In this document: piece by piece, positions 24,920 to 34,004 of the stretch
How the letters are laid out: every line of letters begins with the position of its first letter
How positions within the stretch are numbered: position 1 is the stretch's first letter
Origin: an uncultured Gammaproteobacteria bacterium
GTDB lineage: Bacteria > Patescibacteriota > Microgenomatia > Levybacterales > UBA12049
Length of the DNA: 54,189 nucleotides
Direction of reading: 5' to 3'
NCBI GenBank assembly: GCA_964613075.1
Contig: CAZTFV010000002.1
Coordinates: 1 to 54,189, forward strand
Made by a program: the position numbers and the translations under genes
The notes under the pieces: generated by a model
Told to the model about the DNA's origin: nothing
What the model saw: the letters and a program-made list of their open reading frames with translations, nothing else
Databases searched by the model: none

Positions 24920-25450
24920 GTGAAACTTGTTTCTGTTTTTATTGCTATTGTACTGTTTTTATTACCCTTTAATGCATTTGCGAAGGAATCTACAACACCT
25001 GAAATTATAGCAAACGATTATATTCTTGCATATCCAGGAATTCTTCCAGATCATTCATTATATTTTCTTAAAAAAATTCGAGATAAAATTACCGTATTCT
25101 TTATCAGCAAACCAGAGAATAAAATCAATTATTATCTATTGCAAACTGACAAAGGAATTCACGCTACTTCCCTTTTGCTCGACAAAGAGAAAGTTGATCT
25201 AGCGAAAGAGACTGCTTTGAAAGCAGAACACAACTTTACTCTTATTACATACGAAATAAAAAAACACAGGTCTATTCTTGATAACGCATTGTATCTCAAG
25301 CTCAAAAAAGCAGTACTCAAACATCAAGAAGTTTTGAAGAAAATAATTCAGACAGTAAACAAAGACGATAAGAAAACATTTGAAACTGTTCTTTATTTCT
25401 CAGCAAAAAATGTGAATGAAATAGAGAATACGCTCCATTCTTCAAGATGA
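24920..25450 (+). CDS. Secreted DUF5667-like protein
   Basis: Signal peptide MKLVSVFIAIVLFLLPFNAFA, then YPGILPDHSLYFLKKIRDKITVFF followed by helical K/E-rich repeats. Same architecture as 53570..54097. Confidence 0.55.
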   Translation: MKLVSVFIAIVLFLLPFNAFAKESTTPEIIANDYILAYPGILPDHSLYFLKKIRDKITVFFISKPENKINYYLLQTDKGIHATSLLLDKEKVDLAKETALKAEHNFTLITYEIKKHRSILDNALYLKLKKAVLKHQEVLKKIIQTVNKDDKKTFETVLYFSAKNVNEIENTLHSSR

Positions 25451-25454
25451 AAAA

Positions 25455-26510
25455 ATGGTCAGTAAGAAAAAAATACTTGTAACAGGCGGGTCTGGATTTA
25501 TAGGCAATCATCTCATACGCCTTCTCTTAAACAAAGGTTTTACCGTTGTTAACTTCGATACGATACCTCCTGAAGAATCACAGGAGAATATTACGTATAT
25601 AAAAGGGGACATAGTAGCAAAAAGGGGTCTGGGAAATGTATTTGCAAGATATGGACCCTTTCAGACCGTTTTCCATCTCGCAGCAGCTCTTCCCAACAAG
25701 AAGCTAACAGATGAACTTTTGCTGAGAACGAATCAAAAAGGAACGAGAAATGTCATAACACTTGCAGCAAAACATAAGGTTAAATCATTTGTATTTATAT
25801 CAAGTAATACGGTTTATGGCATTCCTCCCCACAATCCGGTTAGCGAAAATTTTGCAGCAAAACCATTAGAAATATATGGAAAAAGCAAACTATTAGCTGA
25901 GGAAGAAGCCAAAAAATTCTCCAAAGATATCAGCATACAAATTTTTAGATGCCCCGTTGTTTCAGGTATTGGCAGACTGGGATTGCAAGCGATATTATTC
26001 GAGTTCATCTCTGAAAACAAAAACATATACGTCTTAGGAAAAGGAGACAATAAATATCAATTTATTGATGTCGAAGATCTTTGTAGCGCGCTTTTGAAGG
26101 CATCAGAAATGAAAGGGTTTGAGATCTACAATATCGGAGCGGATGAAATTAGAACATTAAGACAGATATATCAGGCAGTTATCAGACATGCCAGAAGCAA
26201 ATCTAACATTGTTTCGATCCCTAAATCGGGAGCGATAAGTATTTTATCATTATTTGATAAATTACATCTTTCACCTCTGGGTGTGTATCAGTATACAATG
26301 ATTAGCAGGTCATTATATCAGGATACGACGAAGATACAGAAAAAACTTAGATGGAGACCAACAAAAACAAATACTGATCTTTTTATACAAAATTATGATT
26401 GGTATATAAAAAACAAACATTCCTTTAAAAAAGTGGGGGAAAGCATATTATCTGACAATAGATCGTTACCGAAGATGGGAATATTAAAGGTATTAAAAAT
26501 CCTTTCTTAA
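25455..26510 (+). CDS. NAD-dependent sugar epimerase/dehydratase (extended SDR)
   Basis: ILVTGGSGFIGNHL, FISSNTVYG, YGKSKLLAEE (YxxxK). Confidence 0.8.
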   Translation: MVSKKKILVTGGSGFIGNHLIRLLLNKGFTVVNFDTIPPEESQENITYIKGDIVAKRGLGNVFARYGPFQTVFHLAAALPNKKLTDELLLRTNQKGTRNVITLAAKHKVKSFVFISSNTVYGIPPHNPVSENFAAKPLEIYGKSKLLAEEEAKKFSKDISIQIFRCPVVSGIGRLGLQAILFEFISENKNIYVLGKGDNKYQFIDVEDLCSALLKASEMKGFEIYNIGADEIRTLRQIYQAVIRHARSKSNIVSIPKSGAISILSLFDKLHLSPLGVYQYTMISRSLYQDTTKIQKKLRWRPTKTNTDLFIQNYDWYIKNKHSFKKVGESILSDNRSLPKMGILKVLKILS

Positions 26511-26869
26511 CTTCTTCCTTTTACTTCTTTTACGATTAATGCAATAGTAACGTATGTAAAAAGATAATAAATTATTTCACCCAAAAAATCTGATAACGTC
26601 TTATATCCTATTGTTTCTGCCATGCCGGCAATCACAAACAGAATCACTACCAAAAACAAGATCATAAGGGGTCTAATATTAAAGATGAGAATAAGAATAA
26701 GAAAAATTACTAAGAAAAAAAACGTTTTAGGTACAAGAATGTTTATATATGGCAATTTCATGACGAATAGAACACTTATACTTACGACAATCGCCAAGGT
26801 TATTTTTGCAAGGTTTGCATTCCAAAAATGCATGATCTCCCGTAACAATTTACTAACGCTACTTTTCAT
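26507..26869 (-). CDS. Small four-span membrane protein, unknown function; last gene of the long minus-strand array
   Basis: 120 aa with 3-4 hydrophobic spans. Overlaps the upstream gene by 11 nt. Its stop overlaps the stop of converging 25455..26510 (TTAA). Confidence 0.5.
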   Translation of the reverse strand: MKSSVSKLLREIMHFWNANLAKITLAIVVSISVLFVMKLPYINILVPKTFFFLVIFLILILIFNIRPLMILFLVVILFVIAGMAETIGYKTLSDFLGEIIYYLFTYVTIALIVKEVKGRS

Positions 26870-29800
26870 ATTTTCTTCGTGTCAAGAATAGAAGAATAAA
26901 GAATACAAACGAAACCCCTGAAACTATAAATCCTGTGACAAGATTTCTTTGCGGAGTAAATTCGACAACAATCTTGTCCTTTGGGACATCTTGCATGACC
27001 CATGCATTAAAATCACCATTTACCCTGATATGTGACGATTTTCCACTAATAATACTCCATCCTTGATTGTATTTTTGAGACGATATCAAATATCGTAAAC
27101 CGTCGGGGAGACTATTGACGTACCATCGGGAAGGACTATCTTTCCCGTACATTACCGGTTGTAGTGTACTTTTACTGTTTTTATTAATTTTAACAAAGAC
27201 AAGATCTAATTCTGTGTTTGGGATAATTCTTATGTTGTCTATGTAAGCCTCCGGACTTCTAGCATTAACAGACAATGGAATAACAGAAATTTTATCAAGG
27301 ATATCTCCTTCATGATGAAGATAGATTGTATCAAAGCCAGATTTAGAGCCAGAAATTTCTTTTGACTCTGACCATGTATTTCCTGATGAGTTATTTTTAA
27401 AATGCAAGGTAAACACATATGCATTATCGTTCTCTATCACATAATTATATGCAAGGTTAAAAGAATATCTTGACTCGTTTATGGCAACTGTACGTGATTG
27501 GCCGTTTAACAAAAGCGTATCTGCCAACTGATTCTCTTTTCTCACCACCTTAAGGAATCCTACTTCTTGCGGTTTTTCTATTTTTGCAATTGATACCCAA
27601 TCATTTTGGGATTCTTGCTGCAAATTGGACGGAGCGCTATCAATTAACGCTTGGTTATCAAGGTAAAGAGACTGTATTGTAGGTAATGTATCCTTATGAA
27701 CAAAAATTTCATATTGTCCTTTCGTAGAAAAATCTACCGAATAAATTTGACAAAAAAAGACACATTCTACTGTCCTGTTGCTTATTTTTGTTACAAATGC
27801 TTTTAGATCCCGAATTTTCATGATTATTAACACGTTCTTACCAATATAGGACCGAGACAAATTCACCATCCTTCCCTCATATACATTCAGATAGTCCATT
27901 ACAGTAAAATACTGTTGCATACTTGATGAATCACGACTATCACTTATTGCCAAAAGACCGTGTAACGCATCAAGACTTTCAAGAATTTTTTCAACTTGAT
28001 CGTCAACGCCGGACTTATCATCTCTTTCCAGATAAGCGAGCTCATGGATATATTTTGCAGTACTGCCAAGGTAATAATTAATTATCTGAGCGTTATCTTC
28101 TAAGTGTTTTTTCTCTTGATTCCGTTTCCACTCTACCAGTGGATACAAGAATGAATCAGGATACACACGGGGAATAGACTTTTGCATAATCATATCACCC
28201 TGAGAAGCAGTATCTATGAGACTGGGGAGGATAATGACTTTTTGTATATCTAATGTGTCTTCATATAGAGCATTCTTTTTGTCGCCGGCGATAATAAACG
28301 CATTCTGAGCGAAATCTATTTCTCTATTAATCTGGTTTTTATCTCCCACAAATTCTACCATGGTATTGACGGTAAAAAATCGCGAAGGTTTGTACTCCAA
28401 GATTCTATAGAGATCCCATTTGCCAAATGATTGAACATGCGAAATTGAGATATTGTTCTCAAGGGCTTTTCTAATTTTGACAGGATTAGTGGTTTCTCTT
28501 CCTTTGTAATTATAAAATGTATCTTGCTTTAAAAGAATATATTCAATATCAAGAAGGGTGCTTAGTTGCGTAATTTTCTTGTTGTTTCCCTCAACAAGCG
28601 CTTTATGAAGTTCTGAAATCATATTGCTTACTACCGGATCTCCTGTCTGCCCTTCCACAAAGCTAAGTGATGAGATCATGCTTTGCAGAGAATCCAGGCT
28701 CCAATAACCCCATGTATATGCGTCAGCATTGAATGTTTTCTCTAACTGAGGGGCAAGCAATATTCTTCCATTGACTGTGTGCTTATTTTCCTCCGACCAT
28801 TTCTTGAAATCAAAAACATACCCTGGAATGTGCACGAGAGTGGAAAAATCCTTATCCCACTTAAAAAATGCCGAGGAAAAATATGGAAAGTGGTAAGCAA
28901 GAATTGTAAAAATAACAACAATGATATAAGCACCGTAAGCAATACGCAGACGAGTTTTATTTCTTAACCAAACACCGATTTGATAGAGCGTAAAAGCTGC
29001 AAGAACAGAAAAACCAAACCATACAAGAGGCCCAAATTTATAAAATGGTGTTCTAAAAATAGCGAAACCTGGCACGTGCTGGAATAGCGTTTTATATAGC
29101 CATCCTAGGGGAGGATGGGACCCCGAGGTAAAAAATGCTCCAACGAGAATAAATACGTAAAACAGAAGTACAAACCGTCGTTGCAGTGATGTTTTTGCAA
29201 ATAAATATGAAGAGGCAGCCAGTATAGGAAATATAAAACTTGCAAACACTAATATCTCATTATTTCTAAAATATTGCGCGTATGGATGGGAGGGGTTATC
29301 ATACCAAGAGGGGAATCCTTGAAGACGAAAAATATTGATAAAACTTGATCCGGCAGCGACAACTTCCAGCCATTTTATTGCACTCCCCAAGCCCCCTACC
29401 CTTTCAACATATTCAGAGTAAGACTCGATGATGGAAAATCCGTATGGGTACATCCAAAAAGCTGATACCAATGCAAACCCTAAAAAATAGAGCAATGTAA
29501 ACGTTATAAATGTAAAGATTAGTCTCTTCCTTTTATTATCTACCGCCAAAAAAAATAAAAATGTTATTCCCCACACAAGGAGCAGAGGGGCGTATAATGG
29601 CGGTGATCCTCCCCCATTTAATAAAGCAGACGCAAAAATAAGCAAGATAACTAACGGATATGATACTTTTTTATCAATAAGGGTTTTAAATAAAACTGCA
29701 AAAAAAATAGGAACTATTATTTGAGTGCTAAAACGTGTTCTCCAAAATACTCCCCATCCTTGCAGATTAAAAAAATTGATTGCATACAGTACTGCTGCAA

Positions 29801-30182
29801 AAACGAAGAACACAATACTTTTTGTATCTTTGTTATAAAAATACGAAAAGTATATGATAAGAAAAGGAGAAAGAAGTAATACGTACCAGAAAATAACCAA
29901 AACAAATTGATTTAGATATAAATTCCTTGAAATACTTTCAAGGATGAATTCTGGCAAATGTATTGGAATAGCACCAGGATTGACGTACTTGGAACCTCCA
30001 AAATTAATTGTGTCAGACCAGACGTAAAATAATGAAGCAAAAAAATCTTTGCTATTTAGCCTGTATCCAACATCATGTCCCAAAATTAATTTACCATCTA
30101 AGTTCCATGAGAAAACAATGACAGTTATTATAAATAAAATAAAAAGAATCGGGAATACAATGTATTGTATTTTTTTAAGCAT
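26859..30182 (-). CDS. Very large polytopic membrane protein, GT-C-like candidate (AftD/DUF3367-like) with a ~600-aa extracytoplasmic domain and a C-terminal TM anchor
   Basis: 1107 aa. Has an N-terminal TM, then GHDVGYRLNSKDFF..YVWSD, about 12 hydrophobic spans and PGFAIFRTPFYKF. A long soluble region ends in VTGFIVSGVSFVFFILLFL. Paralog of 313..2388. Confidence 0.55.
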   Translation of the reverse strand: MLKKIQYIVFPILFILFIITVIVFSWNLDGKLILGHDVGYRLNSKDFFASLFYVWSDTINFGGSKYVNPGAIPIHLPEFILESISRNLYLNQFVLVIFWYVLLLSPFLIIYFSYFYNKDTKSIVFFVFAAVLYAINFFNLQGWGVFWRTRFSTQIIVPIFFAVLFKTLIDKKVSYPLVILLIFASALLNGGGSPPLYAPLLLVWGITFLFFLAVDNKRKRLIFTFITFTLLYFLGFALVSAFWMYPYGFSIIESYSEYVERVGGLGSAIKWLEVVAAGSSFINIFRLQGFPSWYDNPSHPYAQYFRNNEILVFASFIFPILAASSYLFAKTSLQRRFVLLFYVFILVGAFFTSGSHPPLGWLYKTLFQHVPGFAIFRTPFYKFGPLVWFGFSVLAAFTLYQIGVWLRNKTRLRIAYGAYIIVVIFTILAYHFPYFSSAFFKWDKDFSTLVHIPGYVFDFKKWSEENKHTVNGRILLAPQLEKTFNADAYTWGYWSLDSLQSMISSLSFVEGQTGDPVVSNMISELHKALVEGNNKKITQLSTLLDIEYILLKQDTFYNYKGRETTNPVKIRKALENNISISHVQSFGKWDLYRILEYKPSRFFTVNTMVEFVGDKNQINREIDFAQNAFIIAGDKKNALYEDTLDIQKVIILPSLIDTASQGDMIMQKSIPRVYPDSFLYPLVEWKRNQEKKHLEDNAQIINYYLGSTAKYIHELAYLERDDKSGVDDQVEKILESLDALHGLLAISDSRDSSSMQQYFTVMDYLNVYEGRMVNLSRSYIGKNVLIIMKIRDLKAFVTKISNRTVECVFFCQIYSVDFSTKGQYEIFVHKDTLPTIQSLYLDNQALIDSAPSNLQQESQNDWVSIAKIEKPQEVGFLKVVRKENQLADTLLLNGQSRTVAINESRYSFNLAYNYVIENDNAYVFTLHFKNNSSGNTWSESKEISGSKSGFDTIYLHHEGDILDKISVIPLSVNARSPEAYIDNIRIIPNTELDLVFVKINKNSKSTLQPVMYGKDSPSRWYVNSLPDGLRYLISSQKYNQGWSIISGKSSHIRVNGDFNAWVMQDVPKDKIVVEFTPQRNLVTGFIVSGVSFVFFILLFLTRRKYEK

Positions 30183-31188
30183 TCTTTACAAGGTATAAAT
30201 GCAAATTGGGATGGGAGTATAACGGGCTATTCTCATTAGAAAATTCTTTAATTAATTCATCAATACTGGCAAATTTTGACAGAAATCCTAAGGAATCTCC
30301 TCCTTTCTCCAACACCCATAGTTTATTCAGGAACCTCGTCATGAATCTTGGAACTCCAGTGAAAAAATATAGTGGATAGCAAGAAACCGCATATTCCAAC
30401 TCAAATCCAAGATCTTTTACTACCTTTAAAAACTCCACTGTCTTCCCTTTTTTTAATAACTGAGGATGAAATTCCATAATAATAAATGCGTTCCTAAGCT
30501 CCCGAAAGATGTCTTTGTTACCGGTCATAATTTGATATTCATACCCTTCAATATCCCAGCGAAAAAGAACTCTTTTACGTTTAATTGAGTATTTATCAAA
30601 TAATGTTCGGAGAGAATACATATCCACTTTTTCTGTAGAGAATTCTTTAATTGAAGATACATTATCTATACCTTCCAAATGGGAAAGGTTTTTTTCTCTC
30701 GGAACAATAACATTGATTTTCTTATCTCTATCACCAACAGCTGCCTTGATAAGAATAGAATTGTTAATCTCGTGTAACTCAGCGTTCTTTTTTAATATTG
30801 CAAAATTATCTGATACTGGTTCCACCCCAATAATTTTTACATTCTTTTTAAGCTTGTTTTTAAAAACAACGTGAGATAACAAGAAATAATACCCTATATT
30901 TGCCCCAATCTCAAATACAGTATCAATAGATTTCCCGTATTTGGTTAAGAATTTAATAAAAAATAGTACATTTGGATATTCCCTCACCCGAGCACTGTAT
31001 AAATCTTGAGAAATCCCGTTATCATTGAGGTCGACCAGCATGTCGTATTTTATCTTTCCTATTGCAATCGTTATTCTTTGCACTGGATTAATAATTTTTG
31101 CAATGAATATTTTTGGTTTGTTTCGTAATATATAGAAAGTGATATAAAATAACCCTCGCAATCCACGGATTGCATGTTGCTTAATCAT
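30175..31188 (-). CDS. FkbM-family methyltransferase
   Basis: VFEIGANIGYYFLL (FkbM-type SAM motif), IIGVEPVSDNF. 337 aa. Confidence 0.7.
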   Translation of the reverse strand: MIKQHAIRGLRGLFYITFYILRNKPKIFIAKIINPVQRITIAIGKIKYDMLVDLNDNGISQDLYSARVREYPNVLFFIKFLTKYGKSIDTVFEIGANIGYYFLLSHVVFKNKLKKNVKIIGVEPVSDNFAILKKNAELHEINNSILIKAAVGDRDKKINVIVPREKNLSHLEGIDNVSSIKEFSTEKVDMYSLRTLFDKYSIKRKRVLFRWDIEGYEYQIMTGNKDIFRELRNAFIIMEFHPQLLKKGKTVEFLKVVKDLGFELEYAVSCYPLYFFTGVPRFMTRFLNKLWVLEKGGDSLGFLSKFASIDELIKEFSNENSPLYSHPNLHLYLVKNA

Positions 31189-31191
31189 ACA

Positions 31192-32232
31192 TTATATGAG
31201 TTCTTCTTCTCCCGGGTTTGATAATAACCGAATGTAATAACGCCAAGGCATATGCTTAGATAGCCGTGAGAGGTACTCTCTGTCACGAATCTTTCGGTTG
31301 TTTTTTTGAATGAATTTGCGTTTTTGCATTGTACCATAGACATGAAAGACATTCCAGATAATTGCACGAATAATGCCCCAAGACAAATCTATTCTCAACT
31401 TTACAAGGTAGTAACATATGAGCAAAAAGTAAATAAGCAGGTAATGGGTAAGAAATTTTATTGCATAGATAAATTCGAAATTCTTAATCACACTAGTAAT
31501 CCTATTTTTGAATGCATGGAAAAAAATGAACGATTCTTTTCGTTTTTTTGCTGTTTGTCCTCCCTTGTGAAAAATTAACGCATCAGGTATATACAATATG
31601 CTATATCCGGCCATCAGGACACGCTGACAAAAGTCAGTTTCTTCATAGTAAGCAAAAAAATCATCATCAAAGAGACCGACTTCATCAATCACGCTCCTGC
31701 GAATAAGCACGCAGGCTCCATTGGCGGAGAATATTTGTGTTTGTTTGTTGTAATCATTCGCATTTGGATTCTTCCCAAATCCAAAGTAGTAGAGAAATCC
31801 AATATTTGTAAAAAGAGCGCCGCCAGACTGTAATTTTCCTGTATCTGTAAAAATTATTTTTGGTTGTACAATACCTATCAATTTATTACGATTGATTTCA
31901 TGAACAAGTACACGTAAGAACGAGGGAGTCACTTTTGTGTCATTGTTGAGAAGCAAAACAAACTCACCTGCAGTATGTGGAAGGGCGATATTATTCCCCT
32001 CTGCAAATCCTACATTCCTTTTGTTCTTGACTATCTTCAATATAATGCGAGGGAATTCTTTCCTAAAGTCATTTATTACCAATAACGAATTGTCATGTGA
32101 CGCATTATCAACGACTATCACTTCAAATTTTTGGTAGGTAACTCTTGCAAGCGATTTCAAGCAGCCTTTAAGAATCTCTCCGCCGTTGTAATTGACAATA
32201 ACTATCGAAACCAACTGAGATCGGTATTTCAC
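31192..32232 (-). CDS. GT2 glycosyltransferase (rhamnosyltransferase-like) with C-terminal hydrophobic segment
   Basis: VSIVIVNYNGGE, VIVVDNASHDNS, LLLNNDT, EETDFC. C-terminal LTHYLLIYFLLICYYLV. Confidence 0.8.
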   Translation of the reverse strand: MKYRSQLVSIVIVNYNGGEILKGCLKSLARVTYQKFEVIVVDNASHDNSLLVINDFRKEFPRIILKIVKNKRNVGFAEGNNIALPHTAGEFVLLLNNDTKVTPSFLRVLVHEINRNKLIGIVQPKIIFTDTGKLQSGGALFTNIGFLYYFGFGKNPNANDYNKQTQIFSANGACVLIRRSVIDEVGLFDDDFFAYYEETDFCQRVLMAGYSILYIPDALIFHKGGQTAKKRKESFIFFHAFKNRITSVIKNFEFIYAIKFLTHYLLIYFLLICYYLVKLRIDLSWGIIRAIIWNVFHVYGTMQKRKFIQKNNRKIRDREYLSRLSKHMPWRYYIRLLSNPGEEELI

Positions 32233-34004
32233 AGAGACTGTAATTCCTCCATTCCCTGCTTGATTTCTTTTCCATACTCTGGAGAAAATTGTATCATAGC
32301 TTCTCCTAATCTAAAGATTTCTTCTGGGCTGAATTTTTTCTCCTTTTTGTAAATGAAAATTGAGGAATTATCTTCTGGAACTTTTACCGCACGTATCTTT
32401 TTAAACCCCGGGAGTGCGAAGTGCTCTGAATGGTAAAATGCATTAAATTGATCAAACATAAATACTATCTCATCACTACTATAGCGATATGTGTCAATTG
32501 GCTTTTGATCCTTAATCAGAATAAAATCTGCACTTTCAACTCGCTCGAAAAACTTCGAAAAATCATTTTTTGAGAGATTTCTCAAAAATATAATGTTGAT
32601 ATCATCCCTTCTTTCATATGATGAGATTGAAGTAATACCGTTTTCAATATCATATACCGAGAACGTTGCAAGAATAATAATTTTTTTATTTTTATCAACA
32701 CGATTTTCAAGAATTGTTTCAATGAGTAATCGGGCATTCGTATGTTCTTCACGAGGCGGCCACACGACAGGTGTCATATATATACGGACCGGGTAATTAA
32801 TAATATGAGGTAGAGTAATGCTGGCAAGACCCTCTCCTCCCATTGGTCCGACAGCCCAACTTGCTCCAAAAAAATTCAGGAGAGAAAGAATCAGTGTAAT
32901 AAGTATCAATATACTCTTGAATTTAATCCTGTGTATGTGGTCAAAAGTAACAGCTGAAATAATTGCAACTGCAGGATATAACGGCACAATAAAACGGTCT
33001 TGCTTAAAAACAGACCCGAAGGTAAGAAAGAGAAATGGGATGACAAGCGCAAGCACTAAAAAAAGATATCTCTTCCAAAATCGTAAACACAGAAAAAATC
33101 CTATACAAAAAAGTATAAAGAAAAATACTGTTTGCTGAGCGAGAATGTCTACATAAAACATTACTGATGAAATCGAGAATGTATTTCTCAGTTCTTGTGT
33201 CAAATGACTTACTTTCCCTACCCAAATGGGAGAATGTGTCATATTTCCTCTAATATACTCAATAAAATAGGTCCATTTTGGAATATAATAAAAAACAAGC
33301 ATAGGAACTAAACCAAACAAAAACATAATAATAAACTTTTTTAAAATCGTTGTCTTTCTTTTTCTATAATTTTCAATAGCTGAACTGACTAATGAATAAC
33401 CAAGCGGTCCTACAATAAAAAGTGGAACCATCCACCGAACGAGTGTTCCGGCAGCAAATGACAGAGAAAATAAAATAGTTTTCTTATAGTTTTCCAAGTT
33501 TTTAGATGAAGCCAAAAAATAGAGTGTAAGCGTTACAAAAAAAGAAGTTGCTGTCTCACTATATAAAAAATGGAGATAAAATAATGGGAATCCGTAGAAA
33601 GCGAAAATAACCGACCCGATTAAACTTGCAATTTTACTGACGAACTGCCTTGCAAGTAAGTAGGTCATTATAATTGTTCCACAATAAAAAACGACATTAA
33701 TAATGAGCAATAATTTGTATGAATAGTTCGTGCCAAAAATAAGCAAGAAAATAGATAATACGAATGGATAGAGTAATTGTCTGTATGTACTTATACCGAT
33801 AATATCAGCTGGTGCGCTGGCAAGTTGATTTTTTAATATGTCGTGTATTTGGAGTGCCAAAGATAAGTATGAATGTTCGTCGTCTTGAGGAAATTGGGCT
33901 GTTTTAGTAACGTATACTACGTGACTGACTAAGATAATTACAAGAACAAAACCAAGAATAATTTGCTGCCAATATTTTTTATTTTTCACTCTGCTCCTCT
34001 CCAC
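32229..34004 (-). CDS. Polytopic membrane protein, GT-C-like (ArnT/GT39/83-style) candidate
   Basis: 591 aa. TM1 is followed by FPQDDEHSYLSLALQI. About 11 hydrophobic spans and a soluble C-terminal domain of roughly 180 aa. Confidence 0.55.
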   Translation of the reverse strand: MERSRVKNKKYWQQIILGFVLVIILVSHVVYVTKTAQFPQDDEHSYLSLALQIHDILKNQLASAPADIIGISTYRQLLYPFVLSIFLLIFGTNYSYKLLLIINVVFYCGTIIMTYLLARQFVSKIASLIGSVIFAFYGFPLFYLHFLYSETATSFFVTLTLYFLASSKNLENYKKTILFSLSFAAGTLVRWMVPLFIVGPLGYSLVSSAIENYRKRKTTILKKFIIMFLFGLVPMLVFYYIPKWTYFIEYIRGNMTHSPIWVGKVSHLTQELRNTFSISSVMFYVDILAQQTVFFFILFCIGFFLCLRFWKRYLFLVLALVIPFLFLTFGSVFKQDRFIVPLYPAVAIISAVTFDHIHRIKFKSILILITLILSLLNFFGASWAVGPMGGEGLASITLPHIINYPVRIYMTPVVWPPREEHTNARLLIETILENRVDKNKKIIILATFSVYDIENGITSISSYERRDDINIIFLRNLSKNDFSKFFERVESADFILIKDQKPIDTYRYSSDEIVFMFDQFNAFYHSEHFALPGFKKIRAVKVPEDNSSIFIYKKEKKFSPEEIFRLGEAMIQFSPEYGKEIKQGMEELQSL

